The position numbers were made by a program, and so were the translations under genes. From Octopus sinensis (taxonomy: Eukaryota), in contig NC_043026.1 of the NCBI RefSeq assembly GCF_006345805.1, positions 11,222,001 to 11,286,000 on the forward strand: DNA of 64,000 bases, written 5' to 3'. The notes below the pieces were generated by a model. It saw only the letters and a list, made by a program, of their open reading frames with translations. It ran no database searches and was not told the origin of the DNA. This document shows positions 48,301-59,095 of this stretch, piece by piece (the first letter of the stretch is position 1; every line of letters starts with the position of its first letter).

Positions 48301-50743
48301 GATTGCTCCCTTGGTTATTACTGAAAATAACCTGATTGCGGGATACGATAAGGAGAATAAAAACATTAAGATCCTCACATTTGATGGTCGGCTTCTGGAT
48401 TCTATCAAATTGAATGTTGATTACGATATCAAAATGTATCGATGGCAGTCAAACACACTGGTTATTACGACTAAGGATTATGGTGAGAAATATGGACTGT
48501 TGACATTAAAAGTGGAATTTCCATTGTCGTTGGTAATATACCAGACGAAAAATACCTATAGCTATATCGCTTCTTTTTCAAATAATCAACTGCTGCTTTA
48601 TAAATTGGAAAGTGGTGGTGGAGTTAGTTTATATGTCATTGAAATTGATGAAATACATTTGACTGTGAATGAAATTAAAAAAATAGACATATCTGAACCA
48701 TTAACAAGAAAGAGACTTAATATTAATCCCCATGTTGGTATTATAATTACTGCTGATGATGTCATCATTGTCAACACCTCTAGATTCGTCATTTTTGTCA
48801 ATAGTGACGGTCAATATTTACATTCAGTTAGACACTATATGGCAGGTTTTGGTTATTATGACAGGACGACAATTGACGACAGTTATTTGTACATTCAAGG
48901 TGAGTGGGATAAGTATTGTGGTTACGCTGAATATAGAAAAATTGTGTGTTTGACACAAACTGGGGAATACTACAAAATATTTTTAAATCAAAGATTTTAT
49001 AAACATAAAGTAGATTTCTCCAGTATAAACTGTAAGGGACCAAAGTTTGCTGGAAGCTGCCACCAGGAAGAGAATAAATTATATATTGAAGGGTTGTTTA
49101 TGGTTAATCGAGAAAGTTTCTCTGTTTATCGTTTGCAAACAGACAAATGTTCTGTTCAAGTAAAAGATATTGATATCTCTGACGAAGGAAAGACAGTTGT
49201 ATGTGAAAAAGCCAATAGTGGAAATGTTGAAATATTTGATGAAGACGGGAGGTTGCTATGTCACAGAAATGTTGGAAGTTTAGTTGGTGGTGTGTGTTTT
49301 ACAGAAGAAAGAGACGTAATGGTCACACTTCCACAAAGACAAGAAATATTTCAACTAACGCAACAAGATTTAGAGAAATATAAAGTATGGCAAAGTGAGG
49401 TACCTTATGGTGTAATATGGAGGAAAGTGGGAAATATTTACTGGTGTCTACATATTAACTTGATTGAATGTCATAGCATAAAGATTGATGGGGACCAAGT
49501 GAACATTCTGGAATCTGTGTCGTTAGTAAAGCTTAATTCTAGTCTTCATTTCCTTTCCAATAAATCCCAGATGAACAACGAAATATTCAGTAATGAGTTA
49601 ACTAATAGACTGAAATATAGTGGGAAAGATGAAGAAGGGAGAAGAGGTAAGTCAGGTGAAATAATTGGTGAAGGTAGATTAAAGGTGAGATGTGGTAGTT
49701 ACATAGCGGAGAGTATGTTAGGAAGTGACGAAATATCCGTGAGGAGACTTCCATATAGAACAGCAATGGTCCCTCTTTCCATTCCTGCATTCGACGAACC
49801 TATTAATTATAATTATGTTGACATTAGGGACTACAACAGCAAACTAATTAAGTTAGACGACAATGTGTATGTGTTGATGTTTAGAGATACTGTCACATTA
49901 ATTAGCAGAACCACAGGTGACATACTTCAACATAAACAACTACCAAAACAACAACCACTAGGTATATGTCGGTGGACAGATGAACGATTCATAGTCGTCT
50001 TTGGTAAAGAAATGATGGTCTTCAACAGAGATCTCTGTTGTTTAAGAACCATCAACACTGAGAAGTACTACAACACTGTTTATAAATACAATGACAATCA
50101 ACTTGTGTGTGGTGGTCATTATATTAGAGACATAACTCAAAATGAGAGAGAGAAGCACTCTAAAGAGAAACACTACAACAATATTTACTACAAATGCATC
50201 GACCACGACGCCTACGACTCTTATTATGTAGATGTTGTTGATATCAACGATGGGACATGTAAATATGAAGTGTGTCTTGGAGAAACGATGAAATATGGAA
50301 AATATGAGGGAGATGCGGTGGTGTTCGATGTAGCAGTGACAGCTTTTGGTGATGTTGTTGTTGTGAGAGCGGAGTATGAAGAGGAGGAAGACTTGAATTA
50401 TGATTATGATTTCTGTCTTGTTGACTGGTACAGGGAAGAGTCGTTGGTCAGGAGGATAGAGCTAGTACCAGGAGAAATTAATTTCAAATTTGATATCTAC
50501 AGACCTTGTCTGACAGTAGTTGGTGAATATGTTTATATAACAGATTTAGAAAACAATATATACCAAATACCTGGACAAACTGAACATCAAACATCTGAAA
50601 ATACAGCAAAATATTTGCTACTCAGGTGGGACGATAATGAAGTATTCCAAGTTCTTGGTTTTGATGCTTCAGATAATTCTTTCATGGTTTTTGGAATTAT
50701 TCCAGGACGTCAATCCTTTGCTTTCTTTCATTATGACAAATAA
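45329..50743 (+). CDS. 1804-aa intronless protein: helical N-terminus plus about six tandem NHL/TolB-like beta-propeller units
   Basis: 5.4-kb non-repetitive open frame. A motif like PSxATD(I/F)xR...VTLPxxKxLxII recurs near aa 231, 485, 748, 1030, 1316 and 1541. Beta-strand-rich composition, no signal peptide, polypyrimidine+AG acceptor 7 nt before the ATG. Confidence 0.85.
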   Translation: MEDQTENTLRTHKSLKRDSCDSTTSVDGVYNQKCIYWRREMLQTQPSSQSITKQKRCKEDRKKREITGRRGVFDKHIYYTRCDAYEDKIKMLINFQEKICTFLKHIGLDKNDFLQEYTQRIDILMKDIQKYNYNEDFIILAKLELFLKHYLKTNVLQDKHKTIEAPKLINKFRPLSPVVIREARIDESEDTGNNIISNIVAIQGGVVTYSHHCMTICCMTRNGDRNIVHCPSSATDFTRIAQGTVLATLPFRKTILIINSVSFKIKTLPFGFYKVSYLEHSIFVGVEMFAKTIYLVNWVDMRIKNKFNTKEIPADIAVGPQNNLLISFSNINRVICYNLDGQQLFEVITNSLDLATNITAYKDNFYVLQGHIIYKISATGRVAKRDVGRKCRHISVGTDTILATDYFGVAHIIRTDKDFWPKLSYTQQLRTPSLNNHIYIEDCYNITNILPMSIFSILVIYNNKKIILFADTGEIINQNDLTFLEIPSIVCRFNTNNFLVFYREMKGLQFITCPELKKGPLIRVHTEYIEICHIVSNKVLALTTNENKDEVHILLIKEDKVDIIERISLGHENVTIAATPYNFVVVNGRKNKLVFYSTSGEELFEKYLPFYGFPHHIYTDNVYFYVLFKRESVVVCYSMFGEMKWQWKLPFPVYPHIAVFQGTVYVPDVEFHRILLYRHHDWSSCCLHVKNPYIRNLNLRLKEKENDKLLIAKIRHLANGELVVSDINNDRLLYISNEGDIVFKLSLPSTATDICRWDSNHIGVTLPLEKQLRVIGNLSKAVRTVLLRQPYVRVCKLGEGQIVCYCDKPSHLDILAINKYNQVEIIHRIDIPFVVKSLEIEKETLKLLIVTKRKVFQYNTRIGGGGHAYGRHGRRPHRHGHHCCNIKMVPSILLSQVKPPPNFFGGSIDKMFVYLIENGRMFALKKHNLFVNDLITNNQLNINIDLVDVFSRNISVSEMLSSTLYLQDLTVSDKARHIHVPQGFGDRRPVRIAPLVITENNLIAGYDKENKNIKILTFDGRLLDSIKLNVDYDIKMYRWQSNTLVITTKDYGEKYGLLTLKVEFPLSLVIYQTKNTYSYIASFSNNQLLLYKLESGGGVSLYVIEIDEIHLTVNEIKKIDISEPLTRKRLNINPHVGIIITADDVIIVNTSRFVIFVNSDGQYLHSVRHYMAGFGYYDRTTIDDSYLYIQGEWDKYCGYAEYRKIVCLTQTGEYYKIFLNQRFYKHKVDFSSINCKGPKFAGSCHQEENKLYIEGLFMVNRESFSVYRLQTDKCSVQVKDIDISDEGKTVVCEKANSGNVEIFDEDGRLLCHRNVGSLVGGVCFTEERDVMVTLPQRQEIFQLTQQDLEKYKVWQSEVPYGVIWRKVGNIYWCLHINLIECHSIKIDGDQVNILESVSLVKLNSSLHFLSNKSQMNNEIFSNELTNRLKYSGKDEEGRRGKSGEIIGEGRLKVRCGSYIAESMLGSDEISVRRLPYRTAMVPLSIPAFDEPINYNYVDIRDYNSKLIKLDDNVYVLMFRDTVTLISRTTGDILQHKQLPKQQPLGICRWTDERFIVVFGKEMMVFNRDLCCLRTINTEKYYNTVYKYNDNQLVCGGHYIRDITQNEREKHSKEKHYNNIYYKCIDHDAYDSYYVDVVDINDGTCKYEVCLGETMKYGKYEGDAVVFDVAVTAFGDVVVVRAEYEEEEDLNYDYDFCLVDWYREESLVRRIELVPGEINFKFDIYRPCLTVVGEYVYITDLENNIYQIPGQTEHQTSENTAKYLLLRWDDNEVFQVLGFDASDNSFMVFGIIPGRQSFAFFHYDK

Positions 50744-50893
50744 ATATTTTCATAAATGTTAAACTTTGATATTATTAATGTTATTACTGGGTTCACCTGT
50801 GAATCAAACCCGCATTGCTTACATTGCATTCTACATACTAACAATTATTGTTGTAACATTCTTCAACACACACACCATTTGCGTGTATATATA

Positions 50894-52482
50894 TCTATAT
50901 ATATAAAACTGTAGTTGTGTGAGTGTCTGTCCCCTTCGATTTAGATTCCTAACTACTCCCACATTTTGCGGTGCAGTTTAACCAAATTCGGGTATCTTAT
51001 AGTCGTGATTCATATCGAGCCCTTCTGGGTATTAGCATGAGTCTACGATTTTAAAAATAATTTAACATCATTTTTTATTCCATTTTAATGCATAATTTTT
51101 CGTGTGTCGATGGCGGCGGAGTTGGCGTCCATGGTCACACCTGCACCTGTTTGCTTCTCCCCCTTCTTCCCTCCCTCGTGAAGCTGTGGGGAAGGGAGTG
51201 TAAGGAAATCAACGTCGTAAAGCGTTGTCAAGGAGACCAGCGTTCTTTTAGAACAACGACTTCATGGCTTGAAGACACCAAAACAGAAATGGCTAAGAAA
51301 GCCCGAATTGGCATCTATAAGGGAAGCAACTCTCTAAAAATGCTTATATAGTTATTTCCCTTACAAACCCGAGCAACGCCGGGCGATACTGCTAGTATTT
51401 TCATAAATGTTAAACTTTGATATTATTAATGTTATTACTGGGTTCACCAGTGAATCAAACCCGCATTGCTTACATTGCATTCTACTCACTAACAATTATT
51501 GTTGTAACATTCTTCAACACACACCATTTGCGTGTATATATATCTTTATATATAAAAGAGAAGTTGTGTGTCTGTCTCCTACGATTTAGATTCCTAACTA
51601 CTCCCACATTTTGCGGTGCAGTTTAACCAAAACTGGGTATCTTATAGTCGTGATTCATATCGAGCCCTTCTGGGTATTAGCGTGCGTCTACGATGAGTCT
51701 ACGATTTAAAAAAAAAATTACAATCATTTTTTCCATTTTAATGCATTTTTTCGCTATTATATAAGGGAAGTAACTCTCTAAAAATGTCTACGATGAGTCA
51801 ACGATTTAAAAAAAAAATTTACCATCATTTGTTTTCCATTTTAATGCATTTTTTGCTATTTTTTGGCTATAACTCTCTAAAAATGCTTATATAGTTATTT
51901 CCCTTACAAACCCGAGCAACGCCGGGCGATACTGCTAGTATTTTCATAAATGTTAAACTTTGATATTATTAATGTTATTACTGGGTTCACCAGTGAATCA
52001 AACCCGCATTGCTTACATTGCATTCTACTCACTAACAATTATTGTTGTAACATTCTTCAACACACACCATTTGCGTGTATATATATCTTTATATATAAAA
52101 GAGAAGTTGTGTGTCTGTCTCCTACGATTTAGATTCCTAACTACTCCCACATTTTGCGGTGCAGTTTAACCAAAACTGGGTATCTTATAGTCGTGATTCA
52201 TATCGAGCCCTTCTGGGTATTAGCGTGCGTCTACGATGAGTCTACGATTTAAAAAAAAAATTACAATCATTTTTTCCATTTTAATGCATTTTTTCGCTAT
52301 TATATAAGGGAAGTAACTCTCTAAAAATGTCTACGATGAGTCAACGATTTAAAAAAAAAATTTACCATCATTTGTTTTCCATTTTTAATGCATTTTTTGC
52401 TATTTTTTGGCTATAACTCTCTAAAAATGCTTATATAGTTATTTCCCTTACCAACCCGAGCAACGCCGGGCGATACTGCTAG
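50894..52482 (+). mobile_element. Three Helitrons (50894-51395, 51543-51938, 52086-52482) separated by copies of a 149-bp host segment
   Basis: Each has a TC start and hairpin+CTAG end; the second and third are essentially identical (period 543 bp) and differ internally from the first. Confidence 0.9.
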
Positions 52483-52532
52483 TATTTGTATACAATGTTC
52501 AGTATATGTGTGTGCATGCATATATAAACCAA

Positions 52533-52948
52533 GGCGGCGAGCTGGCAGAAACGTTAGCGCACCGAGCGGAATGCTTAGTGGTATTTCATCTGTCGTTGTG
52601 TTCTGAGTTCAAATTCCGCCGAGGTCGACTTTGCCTTTCATCCTTTCGGGGTCGATAAATAAAAGTACCAGTTTCACACTGGGGTCGATGTAATCAACTT
52701 AATCCGTTTGTCTGTCCTTGTTTGTCCCCTCTGTGTTTAGCCCCTTGTGGGTAGTAAAGAAATAGGTATTTCGTCTGCCGTTACGTTCTGAGTTCAAATT
52801 CCGCCGAGGTCGACTTTGCCTTTCATCCTTTCGGGATCGATAAATAGAAGTGCCCGTTTCGCACTGGGGTCGATGTAATCGACTTAATCCCTTTGTCTGT
52901 CCTTGTTTGTCCTCTCTATGTTTAGCCCCTTGTGGGCAATAAAGAAAT
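52533..52948 (+). mobile_element. SINE-A dimer
   Basis: A full unit followed by a unit starting at GGTATTTCG; 13-bp TSD ATATATAAACCAA. Confidence 0.9.
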
Positions 52949-53552
52949 ATATATAAACCAATGTTTTTTCTCCGTTTTGATGAGGATGTAGCGGGACATG
53001 TTAGCTCGGTTTTGTTTTGGCAGCGTAACCAAGGCATGCTACGCCCCCAAACATCCAATCTCTGCTTGCCTTGGAAAGGCACATGTGGCCCAGCGCTGAA
53101 GTGTGAGTTTTGAAAGGCCAAGTTCAGTTGCTGAGAAGACAATGAGATGTAAACACACTGTTACACATTCATATCTATGTGTATACGTAGGCATACGTGT
53201 GTAGAATACATCCCCACTTTTGGCACTATTTTATTAGTAAACAGTACGAACTGTGTCTAAAGTATATAAGTATCACTACGTTGAATGTCGGACAGTTCAT
53301 GTAACATGTAAAGCAAATAAACATGTTAAGCGATAACAATGCCTTCATTTGAGTTGTCTATCACCCATCAAGAATGGAACTACACATAACACACACCATC
53401 TGTTCTTGTCCGGTAATTGATACTATCATGCATAACTTTATCATTTGGTCGATGTATTTTATCTTGTCTCTATATCCAGCTAGAGCCATGTTGTAATAAT
53501 CTGCATGAGTCATAAATATTTCTTGGCTCTTTTCACTTTGACCGGCAGATTT

Positions 53553-53707
53553 TGGCTGTGTGGTAAGTAGCTTGTTTACCAACCACATGGTTCCGGGTTC
53601 AGTCCCACTGCGTGGCATCTTGGGCAAGTGTCTTCTACTATAGCCTCGAGCCGACCAAAGCCTTCTGAGTGGATTTGGTAGACGGAAACTGAAAGAAGCC
53701 CGTCTTA

Positions 53708-53740
<33 letters not shown>

Positions 53741-53945
53741 GCGTGTGTGTGTGTTTGTCCCCCTAGCATTGCTTGACAACCGATGCTGGTGTTTTTATAT
53801 CCCCGTTACTTAGCGGTTCGGCAAAAAGAGACAGATAGAATAAGTACTGGGCTTACAAAAGAGTAAGTCCCGGGATCGAGTTGCTCGATTAAAGGCAGTG
53901 CTCCAGCATGGCCGCAGTCAAATGACTGAAACAAGTAAAAGAGAG
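53553..53945 (+). mobile_element. SINE-B
   Basis: GGCTGTGTGGTAAGTAGC head through GAAACAAGTAAAAGAG tail. Confidence 0.85.
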
Positions 53946-54557
53946 TTACTAAACACTTTTAAACTTCGTATACTGGTAGAATGCGTTACATAAAACATTT
54001 TTTTCTCTTGGCTTTCTTGAGAAAATTCTGTAGTTTGTAAGCTATTTGTTGTTAAATTTCTTGCATTTCGGCAACTTCAACCAATCAATGACGTCTATTG
54101 AGGTGAATACAATTACTGCTGTAGTTTGTCAACTACAATTTCCTGCGGTGTCTACTCAGTATGTCCTGTTATTTATGACATATTTCATATCAGTTACGTT
54201 CGTATGAATAAAAGATTATCGTTATTAAACTTTTATTAATAAACACATATTCTACATATTCTAAGTTCACAACATATGCAGTTTTAATTTTCCTCTCTGT
54301 TGCACAGATACGCACATCACATATTATATATTCGTTTAAGAAACAGATTGGGTTTATTTACATTTCTGAAGAAAAAAAAAGATAGGCGATCCTTCGGTAT
54401 AGGTACCGTAAGTGGCTTTGTTTACATTTCTGAAGATAACAGAAACCCTTTTCTCCTACCCCTAACCCTAACCCCCCATATATATATAAAAAAAAACAAC
54501 TCTTTCTTGAAATGTATCCGGTACTTCCGGTACCTATACCGAAGTTACGCAATTTTT

Positions 54558-54893
54558 GGCAATCTTTCGTCTCTAGTAGACCTTTCCGTTGATTTCCGTA
54601 AAAAACTTCTTTTTTTTTTACATATGGGCTTGCGGGACCTCCTATTGAAGTAATGAGAGCGAAAGAGACTAAGAGAAAGTGATTGTATGACGTGGGAAGT
54701 TCTTTTGAAGTTACCGTGCATGGGAAACATTGATGTACATGTGTGTGTGTGTGTGTTTGATGGGGTGTGGGAGACAGACAGTATGTTGTGTAAGTGAAGT
54801 GCTTCTGTTAGTGTTCCCGCAAGCCCATATGTAAAAAAAAAGAAGTTTTTTACGGAAATCGACGGAAAGGTCTACTAGAGACGAAAGATCGCC
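54558..54893. mobile_element. MITE, same family as 2001-2420
   Basis: Perfect 8-bp TSD CAATTTTT. Confidence 0.85.
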
Positions 54894-55320
54894 CAATTTT
54901 TTTTTTATTGGTCAGTTAAAAAAAAAAAAAAAAAAAACCACCGATCAGCAGAGAATTTGTTCCTTGATAGCAAAGACTATGCCTAGTCTCAAAGTTCCAG
55001 CTTCTTCTGGCTTACGAGACACAACATACTGATACACCGGTGCCCAGAAAGCAGTTCTTCTCCTAAGACATACAACAGAACATTCAGCAAGTTTTTCGGC
55101 CGAAACATCCTAGACGCGTTAAGAAGAAATATGCAAACATTCATTCCAGATCTCACTGTAGACAGTGCAGTGTAGACAGTTCCCTGATTTATGTTATTTG
55201 TGGAGCATTGAACCAATTTTAACAAAACGAAAATGTAAGCTGTCACAGGTTTATTTTAAGGCCCCAATAATAATGATAGAATTATGTGAAACCTTCGCGG
55301 TTACAGTAATTATGTTGAAG

Positions 55321-55550
55321 GCGGCGAGCTGGCAGAAACGTTAGCACGCCGGGCGAAATGCTTAGCAGTATTTCGTCTGCCGCTACATTCTGAGTTCAAA
55401 TTCTGCCGAGGTCGACTTTGCCTTTCATCCTTTCAGGGTCGATTAAATAAGTACCAGTTACGCACTGGGGTCGATATAATCGACTTAATCCGTTAGTCTG
55501 TCCTTATTTGTTCTCTCTGTGTTTAGCCCCTTGTGGGTAGTAAAGAAATA
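55321..55550 (+). mobile_element. Full-length SINE-A monomer
   Basis: 15-bp TSD GTAATTATGTTGAAG at 55306-55320 and 55551-55565. Confidence 0.9.
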
Positions 55551-55669
55551 GTAATTATGTTGAAGTGAAAACACATAACAATCGGAGAAATATATTTCCT
55601 CGACTTCAGTAATAACTTCGTAAGTGAAATGTTGGTCTATGATTTTCCCAAACCCTTTGATCGACTGTT

Positions 55670-57100
55670 GCTCTCTTTTACTCTTTTACTTGTTTCAGTC
55701 ATTTGACTGCGGCCATGCTGGAGCACCGCCTTTAGTCGAGCAACTCGACCCCGGGACTTACTCTTTTGTAAGCCCAGTACTTATTCTATCGGTCTCTCTT
55801 TTTGCCGAACCGCTAAGTAACGGGGACGTAAACACACCAGCATCGGTTGTCAAGCAATGCTAGGTGGGACAAACAGACACACAAACACACACACGCATAT
55901 ATATACATATACATATATACGACAGGCTTCTTTCAGTTTCCGTCTACCAAATCCACTCACAAGGCTTTGGTCGGCCCGAGGCTATAGTAGAAGACACTTG
56001 CCCAAGATGCCACGCAGTGGGACTGAACCCGGAACCATGTGGTTGGTAAACAAGCTACTTACCACACAGCCACTCAAAGTGAATTAGTAAGAAATATATA
56101 TGAATAAAACGGCGATATTAATTATCAAAATGGAGACCGCTTAATTAGTAAACATCGGTAACTTCAAACTTGCTGAAAATATGGAAATTAATATATCACT
56201 AGGTATTAGCATAAACAGCAACTTCGAATAATTAATCTCCTTCTTGCTATGTGTGACGATATAACTATACATTATGAGAGAATGTGCGTATTTGGGGCTT
56301 GGGTAACCTTCCCTATCAGTACATACGTGGTAATCCTATAGAATAGAGTCGGAAATTATGTTGTGCACTCTTTACTCTTTTACTTGTTTCAGTCATTTGA
56401 CTGCGGCCATGCTGGAGCACCGCCTTTAGTCAAGCAAATCGACCCCGGGACTTATTCTTTGTAAGCCCAGTACTTATTCTATCGGTCTCTTTTGCCGAGC
56501 CGCTAAGTCACGGGAACGTAAACACACCAGCATCGGGGGACAAACACAGACACACACACATATATATATACATATATACGACAGGCTTCTTTCAGTTTCC
56601 GTCTACCAAATCCACTCACAAGGCATTGGTCGGTCCAGGGCTATAGCAGAAGACACTTGCCCAAGATGCCACGCAATGGGACTGAACCCGGAACCATGTG
56701 GTTGGTTAGCAAGCTACTTACCACACGAGCCACTCCTGCGCCTATATATATATATACGACAGGCTTCTTTCAGTTTCCGTCTACCAAATCCACTCACAAG
56801 GCATTGGTCGGCCCGGGGCTATAGCAGAAGACACTTGCCCAAGATGCCACGCAGTGGGACTGAACCCGGAACCATGTGGTTGGTTAGCAAGCTACTTACC
56901 ACACGAGCCACTCCTGCGCCTATATATATATATATACGACAGGCTTCTTTCAGTTTCCGTCTACCAAATCCACTCACAAGGCATTGGTCGGCCCGGGGCT
57001 ATAGCAGAAGACACTTGCCCAAGATGCCACGCAGTGGGACTGAACCTGGAATCATGTGGTTGGTTAGCAAGCTACTTACCACACAAGCCACTCCTGCGCC
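55670..57100 (-). mobile_element. Two SINE-B copies (55670-56075; 56368-57100 with triplicated 5' half)
   Basis: Family consensus; three tandem head segments in the second copy. Confidence 0.85.
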
Positions 57101-57315
57101 CACTAAAAAGAAAAAAACAATAAAGCCGCAATTACTTCGGATATCTACGTTTTAAGTATTGTAGATTATGAAGCTACATGAATAAAAAAAAAATTTTTTA
57201 AATAGATGGGAGCCATCATTTTTGCACTCCATCCACCTTTATTTTGTAATTTTACTGTTTGAAAATTCAAAATTTCTATTTGCAAACTTTTGGAAGCTTA
57301 TAAGCCAATCGTTCA

Positions 57316-59095
57316 TCGTTTAGCGTCCGCTTTCCATGCTAGCATGGGTTGGACGGTTCAACTGGGGTCTGGGAAGCCCAAAGGCTGCACCAGGCTCCAG
57401 TCTGATCTGGCAGAGTTTAAAACAGCTGGATGCCCTTCTTAACGCCAACCACTCCGTGAGTGTAGTGGGTGCTTTTTACGTGCCACCAGCACAGGTGCCA
57501 GACGAGGCTGGCAAACGGCCACGATCGGATGGTGCTTTTTATGTGCCACCTGCACAGGTGCCAGACGAGGCTGGCAAATGGCCACGATCGGATGGTGCTT
57601 TTTACGTGCCACCGGCACAGGGGCCAGGCGAGGCTGGCAAACGGCCACGATCGGATGGTGCTTTTTACGTGCCACCTGCACAGGTGCCAGACGAGGCTGG
57701 CAAACGGCCACGATCGGATGGTGCTTTTTACGTGCCACCGGCACAGGGGCCAGACGAGGCTGGCAAACGGCCACGATCGGATGGTGCTTTTTACGTGCCA
57801 CCTGCACAGGTGCCAGACGAGGCTGGCAAACGGCCACGATCGGATGGTGCTTTTTACGTGCCACCGGCACAGGGGCCAGGCGAGGCTGGCAAACGGCCAC
57901 GATCGGATGGTGCTTTTTACGTGCCACCTGCACAGGTGCCAGACGAGGCTGCCAAACGGCCACGATCGGATGGTGCTTTTTACGTGCCACCGGCACAGGG
58001 GCCAGGCGAGGCTGGCAAACGGCCACGATCGGATGGTGCTTTTTACGTGCCACCTGCACAGGTGCCAGACGAGGCTGGCAAACGGCCACGATCGGATGGT
58101 GCTTTTTACGTGCCACCGGCACAGGGGCCAGACGAGGCTGGCAAACGGCCACGATCGGATGGTGCTTTTTACGTGCCACCGGCACAGGGGCCAGGCGAGG
58201 CTGGCAAACGGCCACGATCGGATGGTGCTTTTTACGTGCCACCGGCACAGGTGCCAGACGAGGCTGCCAAACGGCCACGATCGGATGGTGCTTTTTACGT
58301 GCCACCGGCACAGGGGCCAGGCGAGGCTGGCAAACGGCCACGATCGGATGGTGCTTTTTACGTGCCACCTGCACAGGTGCCAGACGAGGCTGGCAAACGG
58401 CCACGATCGGATGGTGCTTTTTACGTGCCACCGGCACAGGGGCCAGACGAGGCTGGCAAACGGCCACGATCGGATGGTGCTTTTTACGTGCCACCTGCAC
58501 AGGTGCCAGACGAGGCTGGCAAACGGCCACGATCGGACGGTGCTTTTTACGTGCCACCTGCACAGGTGCCAGATGAGGCTGGCAAACGGCCACGATCGGA
58601 TGGTGCTTTTTACGTGCCACCTGCACAGGTGCCAGACGAGGCTGGCAAACGGCCACGATCGGACGGTGCTTTTTACGTGCCACCTGCACAGGTGCCAGAC
58701 GAGGCTGGCAAACGGCCACGATCGGATGGTGCTTTTTACGTGCCACCGGCACAGGGGCCAGACGAGGCTGGCAAACGGCCACGATCGGATGGTGCTTTTT
58801 ACGTGCCACCGGCACAGGGGCCAGGCGAGGCTGGCAAACGGCCACGATCGGATGGTGCTTTTTACGTGCCACCTGCACAGGTGCCAGACGAGGCTGGCAA
58901 ACGGCCACGATCGGATGGTGCTTTTTACGTGCCACCTGCACAGGTGCCAGACGAGGCTGCCAAACGGCCACGATCGGATGGTGCTTTTTACGTGCCACCG
59001 GCACAGGGGCCAGGTGAGGCTGCCAAACGGCCACGATCGGACGGTGCTTTTTACGTGCCACCGCCACGGGGCCCAGGCGAGGCTTAAAATATAAA
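57316..59095 (-). repeat. Family C retroposon with expanded 63-bp VNTR (about 25 units)
   Basis: Body at 57316-57470; unit GGTGCTTTTTACGTGCCACC(T/G)GCACAGG(T/G)GCCAG(A/G)CGAGGCTG(G/C)CAAACGGCCACGATCGGAT. Confidence 0.95.

Noticed and set aside
45329-52482. 1804-aa gene as Helitron cargo or a TE/viral gene
   Set aside because: The adjacent Helitrons have their own TC 5' ends downstream of the stop, no Rep/helicase, RT or transposase motif is visible, and a host-type acceptor precedes the ATG.
53361-53545. Minus-strand peptide YYNMALAGYRDKIK...KLC as a paralogue of the 1804-aa N-terminus or a BED finger
   Set aside because: The similarity is a few residues only, and the homologous DNA in the other arm (about 40330-40440) has no open frame.
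54455-54480. Telomeric repeat (CCCTAA)n
   Set aside because: Only about two units, internal to a MITE also present at 27.2 kb.
55321-55420. tRNA genes at SINE-A and SINE-B heads
   Set aside because: A/B boxes are present but there is no complete cloverleaf, and each is fused to a repeated body and tail.
57470-59095. CRISPR array
   Set aside because: Units are contiguous with no unique spacers, there are no cas genes, and the context is eukaryotic.
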